Notes under the pieces: generated by a model | The model's database searches: none | Told to the model about the DNA's origin: nothing | What the model saw: only the letters and a program-made list of their open reading frames with translations | Position numbers and translations under genes: made by a program | Virus record (IMG/VR): IMGVR_UViG_3300031521_000009 | Direction: 5' to 3' (one strand) | From: a virus | Length of the DNA: 64,000 nucleotides | In this document: positions 10,101 through 17,891 of the stretch, in pieces | Position numbering within the stretch: position 1 is the first letter of the stretch | Layout of the letters: the number at the start of each line of letters is the position of its first letter

Positions 10101-11129
10101 ACCCCATGTATTTCCATTAGCAATTAACCAGTCACCAACTTGCCATTCACTAACAGAACCCATAGTAGTAGTGCCGGCTACCGAAACTATATAATAATCA
10201 CCATTAGATGTTGGAATAGAAGGTAATGAAGGTGTTCCATTTGATGCATCCCAAAATCCTTTATAATCCACTTGACCAAATAATGATGTCGGAAGTTGAG
10301 ATAAAGGAACTTTTGTATCATTTCCTAATGTAGCTAAACCATTTGCTACGCCCATTAATGATGGAGACAATTTGTTATTAAAAGTAATCCAATCTACATT
10401 ACTTAGTGCACCATTTGAAGTACTAGACGAAAGACCCAATGATAATTGTTGATTATCTAATGAAAGGCCATTAGAAGAACCCAATGTAAGTGGATTATGG
10501 TTTTTATAGCTAAGCTTCTGTATCGCGGTAAGAACAGTATCTGATGGACTTATAGTACCTTCTGTTGCTACATATCCTGAAAGGTTAGTACCAAGAACTC
10601 TATTATATGTAAAATAAAGATTAGCTGCTTCAGTAACTTCGGAAGTAGTATATGATGGTTTAGAAGTAGAAAGAGCCCAAGTTGGAATATCTGTTATTCC
10701 AAAACCTTGGACTGTTGTTGGTTTATTTAATAAACCAGAGAATGTCAATTGGTGTAGATTACCACTAGCTTGTGAATGATCGTAAGCAATCTTACCTAAA
10801 TCACCATAGTAAGCATTTATATGAAGATTGCCAAGAACTAAATTTTCGACTGGAGCAAATAAAACCCATTGTCCATTTCTTCGACAATAGAGTTGTTCGT
10901 CTGGAGCATCACCGATACCGCTAGTAAAAAATGTAGTTGAAGGTTCTACAATATAAGTAACATTTGTATCACTTAGAATAACTTCAAATTGTTCTACGTT
11001 TTCAGTAAATATCACTTCGTAAGTGACAATTACATTATCCAATACCAATTCAAAGATTGCATTTTTAGCGTTTATGTTTTCTTCATTGTTTCCACTTGTT
11101 TCATCTACCGTAATAGAATAGATATCCAT
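7089..11129 (-). CDS. Tail fibre/spike with C-terminal peptidase S74 intramolecular chaperone
   Basis: 1346 aa, Gly/Ser/Thr-rich. PTTxxGYGITD repeats, HxH motifs, NADLLDG, and C-terminal SSDRTLKTNI...FGVIAQD...coiled coil. Confidence 0.88.
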   Translation of the reverse strand: MDIYSITVDETSGNNEENINAKNAIFELVLDNVIVTYEVIFTENVEQFEVILSDTNVTYIVEPSTTFFTSGIGDAPDEQLYCRRNGQWVLFAPVENLVLGNLHINAYYGDLGKIAYDHSQASGNLHQLTFSGLLNKPTTVQGFGITDIPTWALSTSKPSYTTSEVTEAANLYFTYNRVLGTNLSGYVATEGTISPSDTVLTAIQKLSYKNHNPLTLGSSNGLSLDNQQLSLGLSSSTSNGALSNVDWITFNNKLSPSLMGVANGLATLGNDTKVPLSQLPTSLFGQVDYKGFWDASNGTPSLPSIPTSNGDYYIVSVAGTTTMGSVSEWQVGDWLIANGNTWGKVDNTDAVISVNGHIGAVVLNKSDIGLSNVANILQWSVSNHPTTVAGYGITDILNTILSGYVATSGTISTTDSILTALQKVSYDKHVAVTLGTSNGLSLSGQAISLGLSSTITTGALSSTDWNIFNNKLSNATHTGDVIGSTVLTLATVNANVGTFNNITVNGKGLVTSASNVAYSSDIHSNIVALNAVSGTNTGDQTLSSLAGQPQLNGIGFVKANGTTISYDSSSYYLASNPNSYISGITKENVESVLTGLITTHTHNYLSSFTETDPVFTAWNKSTGISITKSQVSDFPTNLSQFNNNLGNYGGWITGINSGMVTTALGYTPWNTGNHPTTLSNYGITDAIQNQNSSAQAANSYINGVYRTYLYNSAAFIGNWTSSNIWGIGGSGSVIRLGQCNTDGSFISSTNTNLQVDGAATFASTVSATNFIGSGNGLTSLPSGMSNYIQNQGTSNQAANIRITGDIGYAANMAIYPRTQGITDWWVNRYMTGEVLNTSIGSAGTNIWQLGIISSSVFTPNVKLYGDGRGVFLSTVNATQLQSTIATGTAPLTVASTTMVSDFNADLLDGQHGSYYSPTIHTHSSLSNSASMPTLDLNTLNVDKLLSYSRLGAASTNKFTTVDNANAVLTIDTYNGTSTYFHQLGFSSDGNMYQRRSTGAWNTVWTSGNFIPSNYSLNTHSHGNITNSGYIGSIASLPIITGTGGILQAGSFSTTAGTFCQGNDSRLSDARVASDVSAWAKSATKPSYSWSEISIRPTTVIGYGITDLFSQVITGFTVGANSTVLNTDTLESAIEKLQGQINNKQASGSYSLTTHVHGNITSGGLIGTVASLPIITGTGGILQVGSFGTIAGTFCQGNDSRLATQTTITGNAGTATILQTARTIWGQSFNGSANISGAITGATTGTFSGDVSATNFNLSSDRTLKTNIRPILKDYSSIDLVEFNFKNNLDELRFGVIAQDLLSSGFEEFVVGDIEGEYKVKYFDLLVAKLANAESRIKQLEDKYGCS
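7527..8075 (-). repeat. 48-aa internal repeat pair in tail fibre (7527-7670 and 7932-8075)
   Basis: HVHGNITSGGLIGTVASLPIITGTGGILQVGSFGTIAGTFCQGNDSRL vs HSHGNITNSGYIGSIASLPIITGTGGILQAGSFSTTAGTFCQGNDSRL. Confidence 0.9.
9711..10580 (-). repeat. 72-aa internal repeat pair in tail fibre (9711-9926 and 10365-10580)
   Basis: SGYVATxGTIS..D..LTA.QK.SY...TLG.SNGLSL..Q..SLGLSS....GALS..DW..FNNKLS occurs twice. Confidence 0.85.
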
Positions 11130-11131
11130 GA

Positions 11132-11488
11132 TTATCTTATTGTACTAATTGGTAATACTTCTCTTCTTCCTGGTGCAAAACCGGTAATCTTTTTTCCACT
11201 AGCAAGAATAATATTAAAATCAAATTCATAATCTGCCGGTTCAGCAGTCATTACATGTTCCGGAATTATAATGAAGTTTGTTGAAACTTCTATTGATCCA
11301 TCTTCTGTAGAATATTGCTTTCCCAATACATTCCCATTCATAAAATTCATAACGACATCAGCGCCTACCATATTAACTGGAGAACGTATCTTTTTAGTAC
11401 TATCTGTCGGATCATCAACAAGTGTATTTATTTCAATTTTATATTCTGGTACTGTGGAACCAAAAAATACTGGGTCAAGGACTATCAT
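11132..11488 (-). CDS. Putative tail fibre adaptor (BppU-N-like beta sandwich)
   Basis: All-beta pattern with YEFDF near the C-terminus, directly upstream of the fibre. Confidence 0.4.
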   Translation of the reverse strand: MIVLDPVFFGSTVPEYKIEINTLVDDPTDSTKKIRSPVNMVGADVVMNFMNGNVLGKQYSTEDGSIEVSTNFIIIPEHVMTAEPADYEFDFNIILASGKKITGFAPGRREVLPISTIR

Positions 11489-11492
11489 AATA

Positions 11493-12164
11493 TTATTCTT
11501 TTGCTCGTGGGAACTCTTCTGTAATCGTTATCTTAGCGACTTCCTTTTGATTCTCAAACATTGTTGCTGAGGACCGTTTCTTAATGGCATCCTTATTTAC
11601 ATTTGCCAATACCTTTACATAATAATCATACAAATCACTTGCTTGCTTTAAAGCATCAAGTCGCTCTTTTGTATTGGGAATATCTATTTCAACTTCATGA
11701 ACCCGGTCTATCATTGTCTGACCATCTTCATCAAGTTCTTTATGTGTAACCTTAATCTTTTTTTTGATCATATGTGGCATCTTCTGTACCACCTCAGAGA
11801 ACATATCAATATCCTCTTTTAATGTATCAAGCAAAATCTCATTCCGGGTCCTGGAATATTTCAAATAACCGTGAATACATTTCTGAACCCATTCGTTTTC
11901 CTCAAAATCACTAATCTTTTTATACGATCCAGTATGGCTTTTTACAGCTTGCATACGACGTTGTGGTAACGGTTGATTATGAAGATAAGAACGTTCTTCT
12001 CCAAAGACTTTATACACGTAGTAGATATAAGCCATAGCCTTATAAAAAAAGACTTTGTTAGTGCTGGTATCATAACGTTTGAAATCTCTGAACTCAGGCA
12101 TCTGCATTGCCATCTCAGTAACTTTCACTACTGAATCCTCAAGATATAGAAAATCTTCTTGCAT
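11493..12164 (-). CDS. Hypothetical protein (possible terminase small subunit)
   Basis: 223-aa helical protein in the late block upstream of TerL. Function inferred from context only. Confidence 0.35.
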   Translation of the reverse strand: MQEDFLYLEDSVVKVTEMAMQMPEFRDFKRYDTSTNKVFFYKAMAYIYYVYKVFGEERSYLHNQPLPQRRMQAVKSHTGSYKKISDFEENEWVQKCIHGYLKYSRTRNEILLDTLKEDIDMFSEVVQKMPHMIKKKIKVTHKELDEDGQTMIDRVHEVEIDIPNTKERLDALKQASDLYDYYVKVLANVNKDAIKKRSSATMFENQKEVAKITITEEFPRAKE

Positions 12165-12167
12165 ATA

Positions 12168-12455
12168 TTAATAGTTTTTATAAATGCCCTCACGATTAAT
12201 AAACATCATAGCTTCTAAAACTCCTTTTAAAGCAACATCCAATGGTATCAACTCTTTTGAATGCATTATGTCAACCTCAGTAGTTTTCTCAGTAACATGC
12301 TTTACTTTGATACCTACCAAACGACTTACTCGTTTTACATTACCACCTTTGTCTTTTATCTCTTTGCTTTTGAATATCGCGTGGTCGACAACAAAGACTT
12401 TTTCTAAATTTGTAATATTCACAACAGGAATACCTGGCTTTATCCAATTTGACAT
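12168..12455 (-). CDS. Hypothetical protein
   Basis: 95-aa ORF in operon, with a TATCTTTG promoter element upstream. Confidence 0.65.
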   Translation of the reverse strand: MSNWIKPGIPVVNITNLEKVFVVDHAIFKSKEIKDKGGNVKRVSRLVGIKVKHVTEKTTEVDIMHSKELIPLDVALKGVLEAMMFINREGIYKNY

Positions 12456-12478
12456 ATTATATGTTTTTAAGTTATGTG

Positions 12479-12486
12479 CAAAGATA
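12479..12486 (-). promoter_or_regulatory. Bacteroidota sigma-ABfr -7 element (TATCTTTG)
   Basis: Matches TAnnTTTG, about 24 nt upstream of the 12455 ATG. Confidence 0.6.
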
Positions 12487-12504
12487 TAAATAGTTTTTGC
12501 AAAG

Positions 12505-12536
12505 AAGAGAAGATAGTATTTAAACTATCCTCTCTT
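12505..12536 (-). terminator. Intrinsic terminator after ssb
   Basis: Minus strand AAGAGAGGATAGT-ttaaat-ACTATCTTCTCTT followed by CTTT. Confidence 0.6.
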
Positions 12537-12592
12537 TAATTTACAATAGTGTTTAATTGACTGTTTTATTTTTGCGGGATTACAGTAAACCC

Positions 12593-13024
12593 TTAATTAA
12601 AAGGCAAATCACTTCCCTCACCACTACCAACAGCTAACCCGCCAGTAACAAATGGCCTTTGTCCGCCAGTATTTGCATCAGGATAAACAACAGCACCGGC
12701 TGGTGGTGTCATACTATCATTGCCAGGAACAGACATGCCAGGAACATCTGCCGGAGCATCCGATTTTTGTATAGAAACAACAGTAAGCTCATTGAAATAT
12801 TTATCTTGCCATGGCTTACCTTTTGTTTCAATCTCACAATCAATATGCAATGTAGGATTAGCCAAGAAATACTCATGAATATCAGTAAAGCATTTTACAC
12901 TGAACTCAACATTATCAATCACACTCTTTACAATCCATGTACCAATTATATAAGGACCGTTCTGGCCGGAACCTTCATAATTAGAAAAATTCTTTACCAA
13001 CGCTATTCTTTGTACTACTTTCAT
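12593..13024 (-). CDS. ssb: Single-stranded DNA-binding protein (DUF3127-like OB fold)
   Basis: OB-like N-terminus, GKPWQDKYFNEL, Pro/Gly linker and C-terminal SDLPF. Confidence 0.75.
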   Translation of the reverse strand: MKVVQRIALVKNFSNYEGSGQNGPYIIGTWIVKSVIDNVEFSVKCFTDIHEYFLANPTLHIDCEIETKGKPWQDKYFNELTVVSIQKSDAPADVPGMSVPGNDSMTPPAGAVVYPDANTGGQRPFVTGGLAVGSGEGSDLPFN

Positions 13025-13746
13025 TTCTTTGTTCTCCTTTTTGTTCTATTTTGAAATACCATTCTCTTCTCTTCATTTTCAACTACTATATTCCATTCCC
13101 AACGGTAACGCATTACTTCATAACCATAGTTTACTGACAGAAGCAAATGGAATAGCCTATAAGCTTCGATAGGAACAGAAACAGTACCATGATTCAATAA
13201 AGTAATCAACCACGTAGGAAGCATGTTTGCATTACTTATCTGACGTTCATTTTCAATATCAACATCACTGACAACTAACACAGGTGCATTTTCCGGAGCA
13301 GATAACAAACCACTAATGATTTCTTCTTTTTCAGACAACTGTTTCGTAATCTCCAAATACATTTTCTGTTGAGTAACAAAACCACTTCTATAATTACTTA
13401 CCAATCCCTCTAATCCACCTAGCAACTTACGTAAATGAATCCTACCAAAATAAATCTCCCCACGAGTAATAGAATCAATAAACTCGTCCAATCCCAAAAC
13501 ATCATTCTTATCACCATAAGAAAAACCAAAACTAAATAAATCATTCTTATCCCGATAAACCAAATGGGAATACTCTTTTACAAAAGGAGCCTCAGCAGAA
13601 CTAAATACTCTACCACACTTTTGACAACTATACAAATATCTCTCATTACCACGAGCATCTACTACACTACCATGGAACAATGAACCTCGCGTATCACAAC
13701 GCCTTACTAAGCACTTTAAAAGTGCACCTAATGAACGATTACTCAT
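13021..13746 (-). CDS. Hypothetical protein with N-terminal Zn-ribbon-like motif
   Basis: C..C and CQKCG motifs. TATCTTTG element at 13773-13780 upstream. Confidence 0.6.
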   Translation of the reverse strand: MSNRSLGALLKCLVRRCDTRGSLFHGSVVDARGNERYLYSCQKCGRVFSSAEAPFVKEYSHLVYRDKNDLFSFGFSYGDKNDVLGLDEFIDSITRGEIYFGRIHLRKLLGGLEGLVSNYRSGFVTQQKMYLEITKQLSEKEEIISGLLSAPENAPVLVVSDVDIENERQISNANMLPTWLITLLNHGTVSVPIEAYRLFHLLLSVNYGYEVMRYRWEWNIVVENEEKRMVFQNRTKRRTKK

Positions 13747-13772
13747 AAATTATTCTCTTTAAAATTATACCC

Positions 13773-13780
13773 CAAAGATA
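13773..13780 (-). promoter_or_regulatory. Bacteroidota -7 promoter element at start of late/minus block
   Basis: GTTATCTTTG on the minus strand, about 27 nt upstream of the 13746 ATG. Confidence 0.55.
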
Positions 13781-13995
13781 ACCAATAAATAAACAACTAC
13801 CTAGTAACAATACTATTATAAAATACCATTAACAACATAACCAATCCAACGAAGAACATACCCTACACTACCATATACAATATACAAGCCCACCGTATAC
13901 CCACTACCAAATTACGAAAGCCCTGGATACTCTCTAGTAACTCCCCCCGGTTAGACGATATAAAAAATTAATTACAAATTAAAAACAAAATTATT

Positions 13996-14358
13996 ATGAG
14001 CAAATTATTGTATGTAGCGACAAAAGCCGCTGAGTTGAAATTCGATCTTACTGACATTGCACCAACAACATTTGAAATCGTTGGACAATTTTATCGTGAC
14101 GGAAGTCAAAAGAATGCAGCAGGTAAGCTGGTGAAAATCGAAGCAGCTGATGCTGACGTATCGAACAAAGACCTTCGTATCTGGTGTAACATGGCTATCG
14201 CCGGAATGACTGACAACTTCTCTCAAGAAGTAACTCGTATGAACTCTTGTGGGTTTGATACAGTCATTGACAAGAAGGAAGCTGCCAAAGGTATCATTAA
14301 GATTAAAGCAGGCGCTAAGATTAGCTGCTTAGGTGGTGTTATCAAATACAGCATGTAA
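13996..14358 (+). CDS. Hypothetical protein, first gene of the plus-strand block
   Basis: Long A-rich leader typical of Bacteroidota translation starts, followed by its own terminator. Confidence 0.75.
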   Translation: MSKLLYVATKAAELKFDLTDIAPTTFEIVGQFYRDGSQKNAAGKLVKIEAADADVSNKDLRIWCNMAIAGMTDNFSQEVTRMNSCGFDTVIDKKEAAKGIIKIKAGAKISCLGGVIKYSM

Positions 14359-14366
14359 GAACAAAC

Positions 14367-14395
14367 AAGGGAGATGTAATGTCTCCCTTTTTTTT
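14367..14395 (+). terminator. Intrinsic terminator
   Basis: AAGGGAGAT-gtaat-GTCTCCCTT followed by a T run. Confidence 0.85.
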
Positions 14396-14505
14396 AATAC
14401 TATTACCTCGAAATACTTGCTTGCTAGAGTTGTTGCGGACTGGCTTGTTTAAGTGATCTCTACGCGCGCGTTCATTATATTATATACACATTAATACTTA
14501 CTCTT

Positions 14506-14682
14506 ATGAAAGCTTCTTTTAAACATATTGCTGAGCATATCATATATGCCTTTATCTTCGGTGTTGCATTTATATTCTTTGCTACTCATACCTATATATA
14601 TGGTAGAGCAATTCTTATTGGTGCACTGTTCTTCTTTGGACTACATGTTCATGAAGCTATTACTCATTATAGAAATAGATAA
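14506..14682 (+). CDS. 58-aa two-TM membrane protein (not in ORF track)
   Basis: MKASFKHIAEHIIYAFIFGVAFIFFATHTYIYGRAILIGALFFFGLHVHEAITHYRNR. Confidence 0.6.
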   Translation: MKASFKHIAEHIIYAFIFGVAFIFFATHTYIYGRAILIGALFFFGLHVHEAITHYRNR

Positions 14683-14686
14683 TACT

Positions 14687-14836
14687 ATGAAACCAAAATA
14701 TAATGACAAAGTTTGGAGATTAATAAATTTCCATTCTCAATTAAATGAGCAGGAACATACAAGACCTATATGGAGAGATACTGCTGTTATCTTTATTCCT
14801 AAAGGTTCGCATAAGCGTCCTAATAAACGCAAATAA
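14687..14836 (+). CDS. Small basic hypothetical protein
   Basis: ATG 4 nt after the previous stop. MKPKYNDKVW...KRPNKRK. Confidence 0.5.
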   Translation: MKPKYNDKVWRLINFHSQLNEQEHTRPIWRDTAVIFIPKGSHKRPNKRK

Positions 14837-14926
14837 TACTACTAATTGGTGGCGTTACTCGTGAGAGTAGATGCATTTGATTCTATTGGTACCTCATTTC
14901 ACCCAACAAGGTGTAGAAGCCATCAA

Positions 14927-15142
14927 TTAAAAATTACCTCTATTCTTTATCCTTTGTATTCCTATTCCGGTCCAGACAATGCATTCCTTTATACGGACTG
15001 GTTCACTCAATAATTTACGACGTATAGTATCATCACTACATCCAACGAACTTGGATAGCATGGTCTTACTTGTACATATAATAATGTCGTGATTCAATAG
15101 ATTGTGTGCTACATAGTACACTTTATCATTCAATTTACTCAT
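14927..15142 (-). CDS. Small HTH-like DNA-binding protein, counter-oriented
   Basis: Start 15142 (MSKLNDKVYY). SKTMLSKFVGCSDDTIRRKL is HTH-like. Own TATCTTTG promoter at 15173-15180. Confidence 0.6.
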   Translation of the reverse strand: MSKLNDKVYYVAHNLLNHDIIICTSKTMLSKFVGCSDDTIRRKLLSEPVRIKECIVWTGIGIQRIKNRGNF

Positions 15143-15209
15143 TTTGCTGGCACTACATGAGAGTAGATGCCGCAAAGATAACACAATATTTACTCTAAAT
15201 TCATATAAA

Positions 15210-15482
15210 ATGAACACAAAACATCTATTCTTATTGTTATTGACTATCGTTGTTATAGTCCTTTCTAGCTGCTCTGAAACAACGCCAGTAAACAATACTG
15301 GACCTCTTATAATGTATCCTTATGCTATTCATAACTCTATTGTAATGAATAAGAAAAGCTCTGATAACAAGCCTTATACATTCCTTATGACCGTGTATAA
15401 CTACAAGGATTCAGCGTTCCATACATACAGCATTCCAGCTTGTTATTACAATGATTTTAAGGCTAAGGATAGTATAAAGTAA
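15210..15482 (+). CDS. Lipoprotein
   Basis: MNTKHLFLLLLTIVVIVLSSC signal with a lipobox. Confidence 0.7.
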   Translation: MNTKHLFLLLLTIVVIVLSSCSETTPVNNTGPLIMYPYAIHNSIVMNKKSSDNKPYTFLMTVYNYKDSAFHTYSIPACYYNDFKAKDSIK

Positions 15483-15966
15483 ACGTTCAAACAGGCTCTG
15501 TACACTCCTACTCTCTATGCTTCTCTCTCTATCTATAAGAATAATATAATACCTATAATGCGTTGAATGCGCTGTTATATGTGGTTGTATGATATGTCTA
15601 GTTATGGTGGTGGTAATGGTGAGTTGGTTGTATTCCTTAAGTATTCATTTCTTGCAATAGAGTATAGTGTGTTGAATCTATTGGTCTACATTATATTAGA
15701 TTATTTGATAGTGGTTGTGATTGGTGTAATCCGGTGTATCAGATGCTATACAATATTGTAAGATTTGATTACTTTTGCGGGCTTGTTTAAGCTACTTTCT
15801 TTTATTGATATGATACATAGTGTCATTCTATTGCTATTCGTTCAACAGTAAGCTTTCTATGCGTTGAAATGACGTGTATGGTCAGTGTAAATGATAGCTC
15901 ATTTCTATTATTGTCTATTTATTCTCGTATATAAACTATTTATTAATCAACAAAACATTTATTATT

Positions 15967-16233
15967 ATGCAAGTAGGTGATTTAATTTATTTGAACAGGT
16001 GTCACAGTACAAATTGTGGAAAAGACTATCCTGTAAATTCCATTGGTATTTTAGTTGTAACTGCAGTCCCTGATCGTGATGATGATTTGCGTGTCCGTTT
16101 CTCAAGACATTCTACTAATGATCGTTCTTATATTCCGGCTTCTAAAATTGTTTTAGTACCAACTGAACGACAAGAAGAAGCAAGAACTAAGTTTGACAAG
16201 GCTAAAGAAGAATACAAAAATGCTGTGCTCTAA
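15967..16233 (+). CDS. Hypothetical protein (SH3-like)
   Basis: MQVGDLIY start, A-rich leader. Confidence 0.6.
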   Translation: MQVGDLIYLNRCHSTNCGKDYPVNSIGILVVTAVPDRDDDLRVRFSRHSTNDRSYIPASKIVLVPTERQEEARTKFDKAKEEYKNAVL

Positions 16234-16582
16234 CGACCCTATCATAATGCTACTGTATCTTCTTATAGGATTTGCAGTAGCTGCTCTTGCTCTTTGCTTT
16301 CAGCATATACAAGAGTTTGGAATGATATTCGACTGGTATCATGACTGGTTATACAAATACGTTCGATATAAGAGACTTTTATCGAAGTATGGTAAGAATA
16401 TACGTTTAGTGTCCTTTATGGCTTATATTGCCAAACCATTGGGCTTGTGTCCCTATTGTAATGGTATATGGATAGCTATCATTACTTACTTGATTGCTTT
16501 TGGATTTCATTGGGATATATTTCTATTCATTGGCATATCATGGTTCTTTATTCGATTTATTCAACAAAACAAAATATTGTAA
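16220..16582 (+). CDS. Membrane protein, DUF1360-like (CPYC motif)
   Basis: TM segments and KPLGLCPYCNGIW. Confidence 0.55.
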   Translation: MLCSNDPIIMLLYLLIGFAVAALALCFQHIQEFGMIFDWYHDWLYKYVRYKRLLSKYGKNIRLVSFMAYIAKPLGLCPYCNGIWIAIITYLIAFGFHWDIFLFIGISWFFIRFIQQNKIL

Positions 16583-16583
16583 T

Positions 16584-16799
16584 ATGATTATTACTAGTGT
16601 AAATCAAGTTTATGATATTGTTGGAAATGAAATAATATTGTCCGGAATGAGTAATAAACAAATAGCTACTAAAGCTGGAGTAACTGAAAGTATGGTTAGT
16701 TCAGTAAGAGGTGGCAGATATATGCAAGTTAGTTTTGAAAAATTCATTACTATTTGTAAAGTTTTAAAAATTGAACTTCAAATTAATATTAAACAATAA
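16584..16799 (+). CDS. XRE/Cro-family HTH regulator
   Basis: GMSNKQIATKAGVTESMVSSVRGG...SFEKFITICKVL. Confidence 0.8.
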   Translation: MIITSVNQVYDIVGNEIILSGMSNKQIATKAGVTESMVSSVRGGRYMQVSFEKFITICKVLKIELQINIKQ

Positions 16800-16803
16800 C
16801 AGT

Positions 16804-17088
16804 ATGGGAACACAAAATTATAGAGCTAAAGGAGATATTATCTTCTTTATGAACAACAACAAGATTGAAAAGAAACCAATCTTAGGTATATCAACATACA
16901 CTGGTGATTGCCAAGTATTAATGAGTAATAATAGAATTGTTCCGGATGGAGAAGTTCTTATGGTGTATCACACTGGTTCATATCATGAAGTAGAATCAAA
17001 AGATGCTTATGATACTCTTGAGGATTTAATGACAAGTCTAACAACACCATTAAACTTACCAGATGGCACACAGAGTAGAGAATCCTAA
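16804..17088 (+). CDS. Hypothetical protein
   Basis: ORF in operon, likely start 16804. Confidence 0.6.
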   Translation: MGTQNYRAKGDIIFFMNNNKIEKKPILGISTYTGDCQVLMSNNRIVPDGEVLMVYHTGSYHEVESKDAYDTLEDLMTSLTTPLNLPDGTQSRES

Positions 17089-17329
17089 AGGGTTCAAAGT
17101 AATAAGCACTACAGCTACTGAATGCCTACAATGGGGTGGATTTGGCGTGTGTGATCATTGTAATCAATCTTCTGATGAAGGTCGATTTATTGCAGTTCTT
17201 AATCATTGGATATGTCCTGAATGCTTTGATAAATGGCTTAAACGTGCTGTTGTCTATGAAGAGGACAAACCTTATGAGACTAAAGTATTTAATCGCTATG
17301 CTAAATTGCTTGGCTTGCCGATTAAGTAG
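17063..17329 (+). CDS. Zn-finger protein (CDHC...CPEC)
   Basis: Two CxxC pairs in 88 aa. Confidence 0.7.
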   Translation: MAHRVENPKGFKVISTTATECLQWGGFGVCDHCNQSSDEGRFIAVLNHWICPECFDKWLKRAVVYEEDKPYETKVFNRYAKLLGLPIK

Positions 17330-17424
17330 TGATTGGAATAGCTTGGATAATTATCTCAATATACTAATGCTGATGTAGAATAATGATAAATAATTATTAG
17401 GTAGCTAACAATTACAAATGGTTC

Positions 17425-17497
17425 GGGAGTGTAGCTCAAAGGTAGAGCACAACATTTTATGTTGAGGGTGATGGTTCGAGTCCATTTGGTCCCACTA
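17425..17497 (+). tRNA. Degenerate tRNA / tRNA-like RNA (5-nt anticodon loop; Lys-TTT-like if the A-U pair opens)
   Basis: GGGAGTG-TA-GCTC AAAGGTA GAGC-A-CAACA TTTTA TGTTG-AGGGT-GATGG TTCGAGT CCATT-TGGTCCC-A-CTA. Confidence 0.7.
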
Positions 17498-17519
17498 ATA
17501 TCAATAAACAATTATTACA

Positions 17520-17813
17520 ATGAGAAATTTAAATAAGATCATTTCTATTGTTTTAAAAATGATAGAGAATAATGAATGCGAAGATTTGACTAATGAAGAA
17601 TTAGAACAAATATCAATACTTATTCATAGACCTACTACAATGGGCCGAGAAGATGCTGCTAAGTTTATGGGAGTATCACTAAATAAGTTCCATGAACTAA
17701 AAGACATGGGTATAATATCAGAACCGCGCAAACGTAAAGGATTCAAAGAGAAAGAATATTATCTATCTGATTTGAAAAAAGCATTAGAATTAAAGAAAAA
17801 ACTAGACCTATAA
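17520..17813 (+). CDS. HTH (excisionase/MerR-like) DNA-binding protein with extra N-terminal domain
   Basis: MGREDAAKFMGVSLNKFHELKDMGII...GFKEKEYYLSDL. Confidence 0.75.
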   Translation: MRNLNKIISIVLKMIENNECEDLTNEELEQISILIHRPTTMGREDAAKFMGVSLNKFHELKDMGIISEPRKRKGFKEKEYYLSDLKKALELKKKLDL

Positions 17814-17819
17814 AATTCA

Positions 17820-17860
17820 TTAGTACTAAGTTAGAGTAGTATATAATTTTGACATGTCAA
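17820..17860 (+). promoter_or_regulatory. Promoter (TAATTTTG 17844-17851) with two perfect palindromes
   Basis: TTAGTACTAA (17820-17829), and TTGACATGTCAA (17849-17860) overlapping the -7 element. Confidence 0.6.
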
Positions 17861-17891
17861 CAATTCAGTTGGCAATTAAAAACTATATATT

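Noticed and set aside
7089-11129. Diversity-generating retroelement acting on the tail fibre
   Set aside because: The repeats are both coding and differ at all base types rather than only adenines. No reverse transcriptase is visible in the window.
15567-15761. 64-aa ORF in the G/T-rich tract
   Set aside because: Low-complexity composition and no A-rich leader. More likely non-coding.
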